A stretch of 36,893 nucleotides of DNA from Candidatus Nealsonbacteria bacterium (GTDB lineage: Bacteria; Patescibacteriota; Minisyncoccia; Minisyncoccales; MHMH01). This document shows positions 16,394 through 24,557 of the stretch, piece after piece; positions within the stretch are counted from its first letter, which is position 1; the number at the start of each line of letters is the position of its first letter. The position numbers and the translations under genes were made by a program. The stretch covers positions 75,188 to 112,080 of the forward strand of contig JACPGX010000005.1 in assembly GCA_016188865.1 (NCBI GenBank), written 5' to 3'. The notes beneath the pieces were generated by a model. It saw only the letters and a program-made list of their open reading frames with translations, ran no database searches and was not told the origin of the DNA.

Positions 16394-17167
16394 ATGATAC
16401 CACTTCCGTCGCAGCCGAAAATCATCGAGAAAAAAGATAATTTAGTTATTTTTGAGATTGAAGGACTTTGGCCAGGATATGGAGTAACCGTAGGTAATTC
16501 TCTCCGCAGGGTTTTGCTTTCTTCTTTGCCCGGAGCCGCTATTACCCAAGTTAAAATTAAGGGAGTTCAGCATGAGTTTTCTACGATCCCCGGAGTTTTA
16601 GAGGATGTAATTACCATCATTTTGAATTTAAAACAATTAAGATTTAAGCTTTACGGCGATGAGCCTCAGAAAGCAACTTTAATGGTAAAGGGCGAGAAAA
16701 AAGTTGTTGGTTCCAATTTTGAATTGCCCTCTCAAGTTGAATTAATGAATAAGGATGCTGAAATCGCTACCCTAACTGCCAAATCGGCAGAGCTTGATAT
16801 GGAAATTTTGATCGAAAAAGGCATGAGTTACGAGCCGGTTGAGGCGCGCAAAAAAGGCAAATCGGAAATTGGCACTATTGCTATTGACGCTATTTTTACT
16901 CCCATAAGAAAAGTTAGCTACAGAGTGGAAAACATGAGAGTGGGTGAAAGAACTGATTTTGACCGTTTAGTTATAGAATTAGAAACAGACGGCACGCTTA
17001 CTCCCGAAGAAGCGATAAATCAGTCATCGGAGATTTTAGTAAGCCATTTTGCCTTAATCGGCGGAACATTTTTGCCGGAACCCGTAAAGAAATCTTTTGC
17101 AGAAGAAAAAACAATCGGTAAAGAAACCAAAAAGAAGCATGCAAAAAAAAGGAAGAAAACTAAGTAG
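16394..17167 (+). CDS. rpoA: DNA-directed RNA polymerase alpha subunit, N-terminal domain only plus a Lys-rich tail
   Basis: The GVTVGNSLRRVLLSSLPGAAIT and ENMRVGERTDFDRLVIELETDG NTD motifs are present. The protein ends after about 35 K-rich residues with no HhH-type CTD. Confidence 0.9.
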   Translation: MIPLPSQPKIIEKKDNLVIFEIEGLWPGYGVTVGNSLRRVLLSSLPGAAITQVKIKGVQHEFSTIPGVLEDVITIILNLKQLRFKLYGDEPQKATLMVKGEKKVVGSNFELPSQVELMNKDAEIATLTAKSAELDMEILIEKGMSYEPVEARKKGKSEIGTIAIDAIFTPIRKVSYRVENMRVGERTDFDRLVIELETDGTLTPEEAINQSSEILVSHFALIGGTFLPEPVKKSFAEEKTIGKETKKKHAKKRKKTK

Positions 17168-17483
17168 AAAAAAGGACCAAAGAAAGGCCTTATTGAGGGC
17201 GCTGGTTAGCGCGCTTGTTTTGCATGAGAAGATTAAAACCACTGAAACTAAAGCTAAAGAAGCGCGATCTTCGGCTGAAAAATCAATAACTTTGGCCAAA
17301 AGGAGTACTTTGTTATCCAGGAGATTATTGGCTAGATTTTTTTCTCCAAAGATAGTAAAAAAAATGATTGAAGAATTGGGGCCAAGATATAAAGATAGGC
17401 CGGGCGGTTACACCAGGATTATTAAATTAGGGCCAAGGCTAACTGACGGAGCCAAGATGGCAATAATTGAGTTAGTTAAATAA
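17139..17483 (+). CDS. rplQ: 50S ribosomal protein bL17
   Basis: ATG 17139 gives MQKKGRKLSRKKDQRKALLRALVSALVLHEKIKTTETKAKE, the canonical bL17 N terminus. It overlaps the rpoA tail by 29 nt. Confidence 0.9.
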   Translation: MQKKGRKLSRKKDQRKALLRALVSALVLHEKIKTTETKAKEARSSAEKSITLAKRSTLLSRRLLARFFSPKIVKKMIEELGPRYKDRPGGYTRIIKLGPRLTDGAKMAIIELVK

Positions 17484-17831
17484 ATGGAACGAAAAACATA
17501 TACAATTGACGCTGCCGGGAAAGTCTTAGGGAGACTGGCTGTTGAAATTTCTTTATTATTACGCGGGAAAAATAAACCAAATTTTGTTCATTATATGGAT
17601 ATGGGTGATTTCGTCATCATTAAAAATGCTGCTAAAATAGTTGTTTCAGGCAAGAAAATGGAGCAGAAAAAATATTATCACCATACGAGCTACCCCAGAG
17701 GTTTCAGGGAAATTCCCATGAAAAGAATTTTTGAAAAAAACCCAGGGCAAGTATTAAGAAAAGCTGTTCTTGGGATGTTGCCGAAAAATAAGCTAAGAGC
17801 CCAGCAAATAAAAAGATTAAAATTTGAGTAA
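17484..17831 (+). CDS. rplM: 50S ribosomal protein uL13 (short, 115 aa)
   Basis: DAAGKVLGRLAVEISLLLRGKNKPNF... and GMLPKNKL motifs. Confidence 0.92.
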   Translation: MERKTYTIDAAGKVLGRLAVEISLLLRGKNKPNFVHYMDMGDFVIIKNAAKIVVSGKKMEQKKYYHHTSYPRGFREIPMKRIFEKNPGQVLRKAVLGMLPKNKLRAQQIKRLKFE

Positions 17832-17840
17832 TTTATATTT

Positions 17841-18320
17841 ATGCCTCAAGTTAAGAAAACAGTAATTAAAAAGCGAGCGGCAATTACCAGGACCGAGAAA
17901 ATGCCCGAAGAAAAGCCTCTAGAAAAAACAGAGCATTATTTTGAAGCTTTGGGAAGAAGGAAGACGTCAGCGGCTAGAATAAGAATTTCCGCTAAAGGTG
18001 AAAAGGGTATATTTGTTAACGATAAACCATACCAAGTTTATTTCCCTAGCCTAGAATTGCAAGAGATTATTTTATCTCCGTTAAAGATGATGAGCTGTTT
18101 GGATTCATTTATGATTTTGGTCAAAGTAAGCGGGGGAGGAATGCATTCTCAAGCCGAAGCCGTAAGGCACGGAATAGCCAGAGCATTGGTTCTTTCTAAT
18201 GCAGATTTTAGAAAACGCCTCAAGAAGGCAGGCTATTTGACCAGAGATTCCAGAATGAGGGAAAGAAAGAAATTCGGCCTAAAGAGGGCCCGCAGGGCTC
18301 CGCAATGGAGGAAACGTTAA
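17841..18320 (+). CDS. rpsI: 30S ribosomal protein uS9 with an N-terminal extension
   Basis: GRRKTSAARIRI, GGGMHSQAEAVRHGIARAL and LTRDSRMRERKKFGLKRARRAPQWRKR. Confidence 0.94.
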   Translation: MPQVKKTVIKKRAAITRTEKMPEEKPLEKTEHYFEALGRRKTSAARIRISAKGEKGIFVNDKPYQVYFPSLELQEIILSPLKMMSCLDSFMILVKVSGGGMHSQAEAVRHGIARALVLSNADFRKRLKKAGYLTRDSRMRERKKFGLKRARRAPQWRKR

Positions 18321-18328
18321 CGATGTCT

Positions 18329-18343
18329 GGAGGTCCGACCTCC
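18329..18343. repeat. Palindrome GGAGGTCcGACCTCC (third copy of GAGGTCNGACCTC)
   Basis: Read directly in the rpsI / nuclease-gene spacer. The same 13-nt core occurs twice in lepA (25077-25108). Confidence 0.9.
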
Positions 18344-18350
18344 CGATATT

Positions 18351-19040
18351 ATGCTTAAAGAACTCATCGATCAATTTTACTTGGATAAACAGAGAGACAA
18401 AGAGCAAACGCACTTTTATGTTACCGATGCCGGTAAATGTGCGAGGGCTCTTTTTTTTAAATTTAAAAATGCCCCCCGCAAGGAAATAGAAGCTAATATT
18501 TTAAGATTGTTTGACCATGGCGACCATATGCACCAACTCATTATGAAGCCTTTGCTGGGCATTAGAGATATTCATGTGGTAGCTTCCGAAGTTAACATCC
18601 CTCCCCAGGAAATAATTTCCGGGAGATGCGATGCCATAGTCAGCGATGGAAAAAGTTTGTATGTTCTGGACATTAAAAGCATGAACAGCATGATTTTCGA
18701 TAAATTGTCAGAGCCCAAAGAAGAGAACGTTGACCAACTCCAGCTTTATTTGCACTACTTTAAAGTGCCGAAGGGGATTCTTCTTTACGTTAATAAAAAT
18801 ACCTTGAACTTAAAGGAATTTTTAGTTAGCTATGACCAAGGGAGGGCCTTTTCTCTTCTTAATGATTTAGCCGAAACAAAAAAGCAGATTGATTCCGGGA
18901 AAATGCCTCCTCGGCTTTCTGATTATCCCGGAAATTGGCAATGCAGGTATTGCCAATTCCGGGAAATTTGCGGTATGGCTGGCGCCGGCCAAATTCAGTG
19001 GGAAGCTTTTAAGAACAAAGTAGAATTCATCGCTAAATGA
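18351..19040 (+). CDS. Cas4-like PD-(D/E)XK nuclease with a 4-Cys cluster (stand-alone)
   Basis: AGKCARAL...D(x)VLDIKS...QLQLY...CRYCQFREIC gives a RecB-type nuclease motif plus a C-x...CxxCxxxxxC arrangement. No cas genes or array are nearby. Confidence 0.65.
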   Translation: MLKELIDQFYLDKQRDKEQTHFYVTDAGKCARALFFKFKNAPRKEIEANILRLFDHGDHMHQLIMKPLLGIRDIHVVASEVNIPPQEIISGRCDAIVSDGKSLYVLDIKSMNSMIFDKLSEPKEENVDQLQLYLHYFKVPKGILLYVNKNTLNLKEFLVSYDQGRAFSLLNDLAETKKQIDSGKMPPRLSDYPGNWQCRYCQFREICGMAGAGQIQWEAFKNKVEFIAK

Positions 19041-19558
19041 AATTAGCAAAAGCTTTTTTTATCAGGCCAACCCTGACCGTAGCCAAAGAGCTTTTAGGGA
19101 AGTATTTGGTTCGCAGGAATGGTGGCAAAAGTATTTCTCTAATGATTACCGAAGTGGAAGCCTATATTGGTCTAAAAGATAAGGCTTGCCATGCCAGTTG
19201 CGGAAAAACTGAAAGGAATAAAATAATGTTTGAGGAAGGCGGCAGATGGTATGTTTATTTTACCTATGGAATGCATTGGATGCTGAATATTGTTACCGGT
19301 TTCAAGGAATACCCGGCAGCTGTTTTAATACGAGGAACAGATAAGGTTTCAGGCCCTGCCCGGTTAACCAAATATTTAAAGATAGACAAAAGATTGAACG
19401 GTCTTTTGGCCGATAAAAAAAGCGGCCTTTGGGTTGAAGACCGCGGCTGCAAGATTAAATCTTCAGAAATTTTAAAAACTCCGAGGATCGGAGTGGATTA
19501 TGCGGGATCCGTCTGGGCTAAAAAGCTATGGAGGTTTTATATAAAATCCCCTCGCTAG
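19037..19558 (+). CDS. mpg: DNA-3-methyladenine (alkylpurine) glycosylase, Mpg/AAG family
   Basis: FFIRPTLTVAKELLGKYLVRR...ITEVEAYIG..DKACHA..GKTERNKIMF..GG.WYVYFTYGMHWMLNIV. ATGA overlap with the nuclease gene. Confidence 0.85.
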   Translation: MKLAKAFFIRPTLTVAKELLGKYLVRRNGGKSISLMITEVEAYIGLKDKACHASCGKTERNKIMFEEGGRWYVYFTYGMHWMLNIVTGFKEYPAAVLIRGTDKVSGPARLTKYLKIDKRLNGLLADKKSGLWVEDRGCKIKSSEILKTPRIGVDYAGSVWAKKLWRFYIKSPR

Positions 19559-20237
19559 AAATGTATAATTCTTTAGTATTTTTATCCCAGACTATTCTGG
19601 GGTTTTTAAATTCCGCAAAATCAATGATATTTAATCCGTCTCTGTTGTCTATTTCAGCAATTTTTATTTTATCGCCAACGTTAAATATCAAGTAATAATC
19701 ATTTAGCCAGAAAATATTTACTATTTTTTCCGAGAAGCGGGTTAAAAATATTCTCTCATCTTTTTTGGCAAAATAAACCCAGATTTCGTAATTATTTGAT
19801 TCAAGAACTTTCTCCTTATCGGTGGAAGTGGCAGAGTTGATAATTTTCGTCGGCATTTTATCGGCGATAGAAAATTGGGGATTTTTCGGAAAAAGAATAA
19901 TATTTTTAGCTTCAGTCACTTCTTTTTCTTTGACCTCCAAAGTTTTTATCCAAGCATGATAGCCATCTTTTTTTATTTCAACTTTGTATGTTTTGGGCAG
20001 CAGATTTTCGATATAAAAAGTATTAGTTATTAGGGAAGTATTTTTTTTAAATTTTCCATTAATATGCACCTCAACCTTGCTTGGGGAAACTTTAAAATAT
20101 AATCCGCCAGTCTGGACTATTTTTTTTTCGCCAAAATCCACTCTGTATCCTTGGGAATAAAAAATCGCCGAAGGAGCGGCCACCGCAAACAAAAAAACTA
20201 AAATCACAAAAATAATCGTCCTGACTCTCTTTGTCAT
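19518..20237 (-). CDS. Membrane-anchored PEGA-domain protein
   Basis: N-terminal TM segment (IIFVILVFLFAVAAPSAIF), then VEVHINGKF...LLPKTYKVEIKKDGYHAWIKTLEV, typical of PEGA domains. Confidence 0.65.
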   Translation of the reverse strand: MTKRVRTIIFVILVFLFAVAAPSAIFYSQGYRVDFGEKKIVQTGGLYFKVSPSKVEVHINGKFKKNTSLITNTFYIENLLPKTYKVEIKKDGYHAWIKTLEVKEKEVTEAKNIILFPKNPQFSIADKMPTKIINSATSTDKEKVLESNNYEIWVYFAKKDERIFLTRFSEKIVNIFWLNDYYLIFNVGDKIKIAEIDNRDGLNIIDFAEFKNPRIVWDKNTKELYISSEGILYKTSIAF

Positions 20238-20320
20238 GCCGATTCCATCTTAGTCTATTGACGATCCAAAATCAAATTGCTAAACTGTCTTTAGTTCGTT
20301 GGAAAATAGGGAGGTATAAA

Positions 20321-20542
20321 ATGGCGGAAAAATCGGAACTCGAGGTTCTACTGGAAAAGAATGCTTATGGGGAAGGTCTGAATAAAGAAGAATATGGAAA
20401 AGCATTGGTACTCATTAGAGATGCAGAGCCGGGGGAAGAAGTTTGTTGGGTATGCAAGATGAATAATCAAGACGATAGATCAATCCACGATACCGGCCTG
20501 TGTAAGGGTCATGCCAGATATGCCTTGGCAACAAGAAAATAA
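20321..20542 (+). CDS. Small hypothetical Cys/His protein (73 aa)
   Basis: GGGAGG SD lies 6 nt upstream of ATG 20321. Contains CWVC...C..H and is followed by a terminator. The upstream part of the tracked ORF (20231) has no support. Confidence 0.5.
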   Translation: MAEKSELEVLLEKNAYGEGLNKEEYGKALVLIRDAEPGEEVCWVCKMNNQDDRSIHDTGLCKGHARYALATRK

Positions 20543-20549
20543 AAATGTA

Positions 20550-20576
20550 AAGCGTTCGTTTTGACGGACGCTTTTT
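20550..20576 (+). terminator. Rho-independent terminator
   Basis: AAGCGTTCG / CGGACGCTT stem with G-U pairs, followed by TTTT. Confidence 0.6.
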
Positions 20577-20618
20577 CAATTTGCCAAAAAGGCAAATTTT
20601 GCTTAATATGGAATAAAC

Positions 20619-21881
20619 ATGGAAGAGAAATTTGTCATTAACGGCGGCAGGGCGCTGCGGGGAGAGATTGAGGTAAGGGGAGCGAAGAATGCTGCTTTTC
20701 CGATTTTGGCTGCCACTCTTTTGACTAAAAAAGAATGCCTAATTGAAAATATTCCTTTGATTGAGGATGGTTTTAGGATGCTCGAGATTTTAAAGGGCAT
20801 GGGTTCGAAAATTTCTTGGGTTGGAGAAAGGGCTATAAAAATTAAGAATGACCAAGTTAACCCGGCCAATCTTAGGGGTGATGTTATTAAGCGCTTGCGC
20901 GGTTCAGTTCTTTTTCAGGGCCCTTTATTGGCAAGATTTGGCAAAGTGGAATTTCCGCAGCCCGGCGGCTGCATTATCGGAGCAAGGCCGATAGACGCCC
21001 ATTTGAATGGTTTCAGCCAGTTGGGAGTAAAAATATGCAAGAATGGGAAAAATTATACTTTAGAAAATAAGAGTAAGGGAGGTAAGGCAATTCTTGACGA
21101 GTTTTCAGTTACCGCAACGGAAAACTTGATGCTTTTTGCCAGTCTGACTGCCGCAAAAACAATTATTAAAACAGCTGATCAGGATTATCAGGTGCAAGAA
21201 TTGGCTAAGTTTCTTAAAAAAATGGGGGTAAAAATTCAAGGAAGCGGCACCCATCAAATGGCAATTGAAGGATCGAAAAACCTTAAAGGAGTTCGCCATA
21301 AATTAATTAACGATCCAATTGAAGCCGGCACTTTTATATTGACGGCAGCAGCTACTAAAGGCAATGTTTTAGTAAAAAATGTAGAGATTGATTTTTTAGA
21401 GCTGCCTCTTAAAAAATTAAAAGATTTCGGTGTGCCGTGGCAAATAGCAGGTCCAAAAGCAATTAGAGTTTTACCATGGAAAAGGCTGTCTATTGATAAA
21501 GTGCAGAGCTTGATTTATCCGGGAATTCCATCAGATTTGCAGTCAGCTTTCGGTGTTTTAGCGACTCAATCTCCCGGGTCAACCCTAATACACGATCCGC
21601 TTTACGAAGGCCGCTTGAAATATCTTGAAGAATTGAATAAGATGGGAGCAGAAATATATTTTGCCGATCCGCATCGGGCAATCATCAACGGCCCAACCAA
21701 GCTTTATGGCAGAGAATTGGAATCTTTGGATTTAAGGGGGGGAGCTGCCTTGATTATTGCGGGGCTTATCGCTAAAGGCAAAACTGTGATAAATAATATT
21801 TATCAGATAGATCGAGGATACGAGAAAATAGAAGAGCGGCTTCAGAAGTTAGGAGCAGATATTAAAAGAATAAGAAATTAA
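20619..21881 (+). CDS. murA: UDP-N-acetylglucosamine 1-carboxyvinyltransferase
   Basis: GGRALRGEIEVRGAKNAAFPILAA, the GGCIIGARPID catalytic-Cys loop, and LRGGAALIIAGL...IDRGYEKIEE.L..LGA. Confidence 0.93.
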   Translation: MEEKFVINGGRALRGEIEVRGAKNAAFPILAATLLTKKECLIENIPLIEDGFRMLEILKGMGSKISWVGERAIKIKNDQVNPANLRGDVIKRLRGSVLFQGPLLARFGKVEFPQPGGCIIGARPIDAHLNGFSQLGVKICKNGKNYTLENKSKGGKAILDEFSVTATENLMLFASLTAAKTIIKTADQDYQVQELAKFLKKMGVKIQGSGTHQMAIEGSKNLKGVRHKLINDPIEAGTFILTAAATKGNVLVKNVEIDFLELPLKKLKDFGVPWQIAGPKAIRVLPWKRLSIDKVQSLIYPGIPSDLQSAFGVLATQSPGSTLIHDPLYEGRLKYLEELNKMGAEIYFADPHRAIINGPTKLYGRELESLDLRGGAALIIAGLIAKGKTVINNIYQIDRGYEKIEERLQKLGADIKRIRN

Positions 21882-21890
21882 ATTTTACTC

Positions 21891-21961
21891 GAACTCTGTC
21901 TTTTCTTCGCGCTTTACCCCGTCTTGGCGGGGCCTTACGCGACTCAGAAAATCCAGAGTTC
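21891..21961 (+). other. 71-nt nested imperfect hairpin in the murA-mreB spacer
   Basis: GAACTCTG/CAGAGTTC (21891-98 / 21954-61), TCGCG/CGCGA (21907-11 / 21938-42) and CCCCG/CGGGG (21917-21 / 21928-32). No T-tract follows. Confidence 0.5.
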
Positions 21962-21973
21962 TCGCAATTTATT

Positions 21974-22981
21974 ATGTTTGTTAGAAAAATTGGCATAGAT
22001 TTGGGGACTTGCAACTCATTGGTATTCGTGCCTAAAAAAGGCGTGGTTTTGCAGGAGCCGTCTGTGGTAGCCGTTTCCCTTAATGAGAATAGAATTCTTG
22101 CCGTAGGCCAAGCAGCTAAGGACATGACCGGCCGCACCCCAGACACAATTAGGGTTTATAGGCCGCTCAAAGACGGCGTGATTGCTGACTTTAGAGTTAC
22201 CCAAGCCATGCTTAGATATTTCATCGATAAAGTAATGGGCGGTTTTAGATTTTTGAAGCCCGAATTAATGATCGCAGTGCCAGCTGGTATTACTTCTACC
22301 GAAAGAAGGGCGGTAATTGAAGCTGCCATGAACGCCGGGGCTAAAGAGGCTTTTGTGGCAAAAGAGCCGATTTTAGCAGCCATTGGAGCGGGAATTCCCA
22401 TCAATGCCTGCTCCGGGCATTTGATTGTTGATATCGGCGGCGGAACTGCCGAGGTTGCAGTGATTTCTTTAGGAGGAATTGTCACCTGCAGTTCTATTAG
22501 AATGGCTGGCGACAAAATGAATTTGGCCATAGCCGATTTTATTAAAAGGAAATACAATTTAGCTATAGGCGATCAAACAGCCGAGGAGATCAAAATTAAA
22601 ATCGGCACTGCTCTGCCGGAAAAAGAAGAAAAAAAGCTGGAAATTCGTGGCAGAGATTTAGTTCTTGGTCTTCCCAGGAATATTAAAGTTTCTTCCAATG
22701 AAGTTTGCGCTGCCATCTCGGAAGTTTTAACTGAAATTACCCAAGTTATAAAGCAGGTTTTAAGAGATACTCCGCCCGAACTTTCAGCAGATATTATGGA
22801 CAAAGGCATGGTGCTTTCGGGCGGCGGCGCTCTTTTGCGCAATATTGACCAATTAATATCCCAATCGATTGGCATTCCGTGTTTTGTAGCCGAAGAGCCT
22901 TTGCTTTGCGTAGCCAAAGGCACGGGCGTAGTTTTGGAAAATTTGGATATTTATAAAAAAAGCCTAATGAGCAAAAAATGA
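21974..22981 (+). CDS. mreB: Rod shape-determining protein MreB
   Basis: IGIDLGTCNSLVFV, RPLKDGVIADF, LIVDIGGGTAEVAVISLGGIV and GMVLSGGGALLRNID. Confidence 0.94.
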   Translation: MFVRKIGIDLGTCNSLVFVPKKGVVLQEPSVVAVSLNENRILAVGQAAKDMTGRTPDTIRVYRPLKDGVIADFRVTQAMLRYFIDKVMGGFRFLKPELMIAVPAGITSTERRAVIEAAMNAGAKEAFVAKEPILAAIGAGIPINACSGHLIVDIGGGTAEVAVISLGGIVTCSSIRMAGDKMNLAIADFIKRKYNLAIGDQTAEEIKIKIGTALPEKEEKKLEIRGRDLVLGLPRNIKVSSNEVCAAISEVLTEITQVIKQVLRDTPPELSADIMDKGMVLSGGGALLRNIDQLISQSIGIPCFVAEEPLLCVAKGTGVVLENLDIYKKSLMSKK

Positions 22982-23700
22982 CCCTGACTCCCTTGCAACT
23001 TTTAAAAAAAGCCGCAGAGCTGGGCAGAATACCCCATGCTCTCTTATTTTACGGCCAAAATAATGAGGAAAAAATGGCCGTGGCTTTGGAATTCGTCAAA
23101 ATAGTTAATGGCGTAAAGGCCTTGAATAAGGCAAACCCCGATTTAGTTTTAATTGAACCAGATCAGGAAAAAGAAATTGAAATTTCTAAAATCAGAGAAT
23201 TGCAGTCGAAACTTTCTTTGAAATCTTATTCTTCACCCTTTAAAGCAGTGATTATTAATCAGGCTCATTATTTGAATCAGGAAGCCCAGTCAGCTTTTTT
23301 AAAACTGCTTGAAGAGCCAAAAGGCGAAACAATTTTTATTTTAATCACTGAATATCCGGAACAACTTTTGCCGACTATTCTATCCAGGACGGAGCGTTTG
23401 AGGTTTTATTCTGGCCAAAGGCATAATCTTTCCAAAGAAGAAGCGGAAAATATTTCAAAGATTGCCGGGAGCGACCTGAATAAGCGTTTTCAATATGTCA
23501 AAAGCCTAGCTGACGATTCGCAAAACTTAAAAAAAGTTTTGGAAAAGTGGCTTAATTATTATAGGGAAGCAATTCTGACCAATCCCAATCAGCCTAAAAT
23601 TTTAAAACTATTGAAAACTCTCCAAAATATCCACCACTTAATTTCCACTACCAACGTTAGCCCTCGCTTGGCCCTAGAGATTCTAATGCTTGAAATATAG
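22978..23700 (+). CDS. holB: DNA polymerase III delta-prime subunit (short)
   Basis: IPHALLFYG, AFLKLLEEP and ILSRTERLRF (sensor motifs of the clamp-loader AAA+ fold). Confidence 0.75.
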   Translation: MTLTPLQLLKKAAELGRIPHALLFYGQNNEEKMAVALEFVKIVNGVKALNKANPDLVLIEPDQEKEIEISKIRELQSKLSLKSYSSPFKAVIINQAHYLNQEAQSAFLKLLEEPKGETIFILITEYPEQLLPTILSRTERLRFYSGQRHNLSKEEAENISKIAGSDLNKRFQYVKSLADDSQNLKKVLEKWLNYYREAILTNPNQPKILKLLKTLQNIHHLISTTNVSPRLALEILMLEI

Positions 23701-23748
23701 CGTTGTCCGTGCTAGATTAAGGCGGGAAAATAATAAAAAGGAGGCACC

Positions 23749-24511
23749 TTGATAAAAAAACCTTACGTTGGAATCACAGGTTTCATGAGGCGGCAAGAAG
23801 TTTCCGCAGTTTTGGAGCAAGCTAATCTGCGGGTTAGAATGCTAATGGTCGGGGTCTTAGTCAGCTCGAAAACGCTTTCTGGCAGGCAGAATAAATGGCC
23901 CAATCGGTATCCGAAAATTAAAGAGATGGCCGATATATTTCCAGAAGATCCGAATGCCCTCAATTTAATCCATTATAATACGGATGAGCCCGAGACTCTG
24001 GCAAATCAGCTACTTGAATTAACCGACCGCGGTGGCCACAATTTGCGCGGTTTTCAGCTGAATATCGCTTGGCCGTTCCCCATAGAACTTTTTGCCTATC
24101 GTTTTTTTTTACCCCGATAAGGTTATAGTGCTTCAAGTCGGCGACAGATCTTTCCAAATGATTGATTATTCCCCGGAAAAGCTGGCCAAGAAAGTCAAAG
24201 ACGAATATGCCGACATCATTGATTATATTCTCCTGGATACGAGCGGCGGTCTGGGGAAGCCCTTTGAGCCGGAACTTATGAAGGAATATTTGCTGGTTTT
24301 GAAAGAAAAAAATCCGGAGATTGGTCTGGGTGTCGCTGGCGGCCTGAGTTCGACAACTCTTGGAATATTGGGGCCGTTGGTAGCAGATTTCCCGGATTTA
24401 AGTATTGATGCCGAAGGCCGTCTTCGCGACCAGAATGATTGCCTGGATATTTACTTGGCCGGGCAGTATCTTTTGAAGTCCTTAGAAATTTTTAAAGGGC
24501 AAAGTGTTTAA
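23749..24511 (+). pseudogene. TrpF-like (phosphoribosylanthranilate isomerase fold) TIM-barrel protein, split by a +1 frameshift in a T9 run
   Basis: ORFs 23749-24120 and 24092-24511 join if one T is removed from 24102-24110 (...AYRFFYPDKVIVLQVG...). GITGF near the N terminus and LLDTSGGLGKPF / GVAGGLS late in the protein resemble PRAI as recalled. TTG start with AAAGGAGG SD. Confidence 0.45.
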
Positions 24512-24528
24512 CTTTGCCCTTTTCTTTT
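24495..24528 (+). terminator. Rho-independent terminator overlapping the stop codon
   Basis: AAGGGCAAAGT / ACTTTGCCCTT stem followed by TTCTTTT. Confidence 0.75.
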
Positions 24529-24557
24529 GGCGGAAAATCGCTTAAAATAACTAAATT

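Noticed and set aside
17097-17138. Tracked upstream start for L17 (and likewise 571 for S8, 965 for L6, 10542 for alaS, 20231 for the small Cys protein, 33778 for hicA).
   Set aside because: The conserved family N termini begin at internal ATGs. The extensions overlap upstream genes or terminators and add non-homologous residues.
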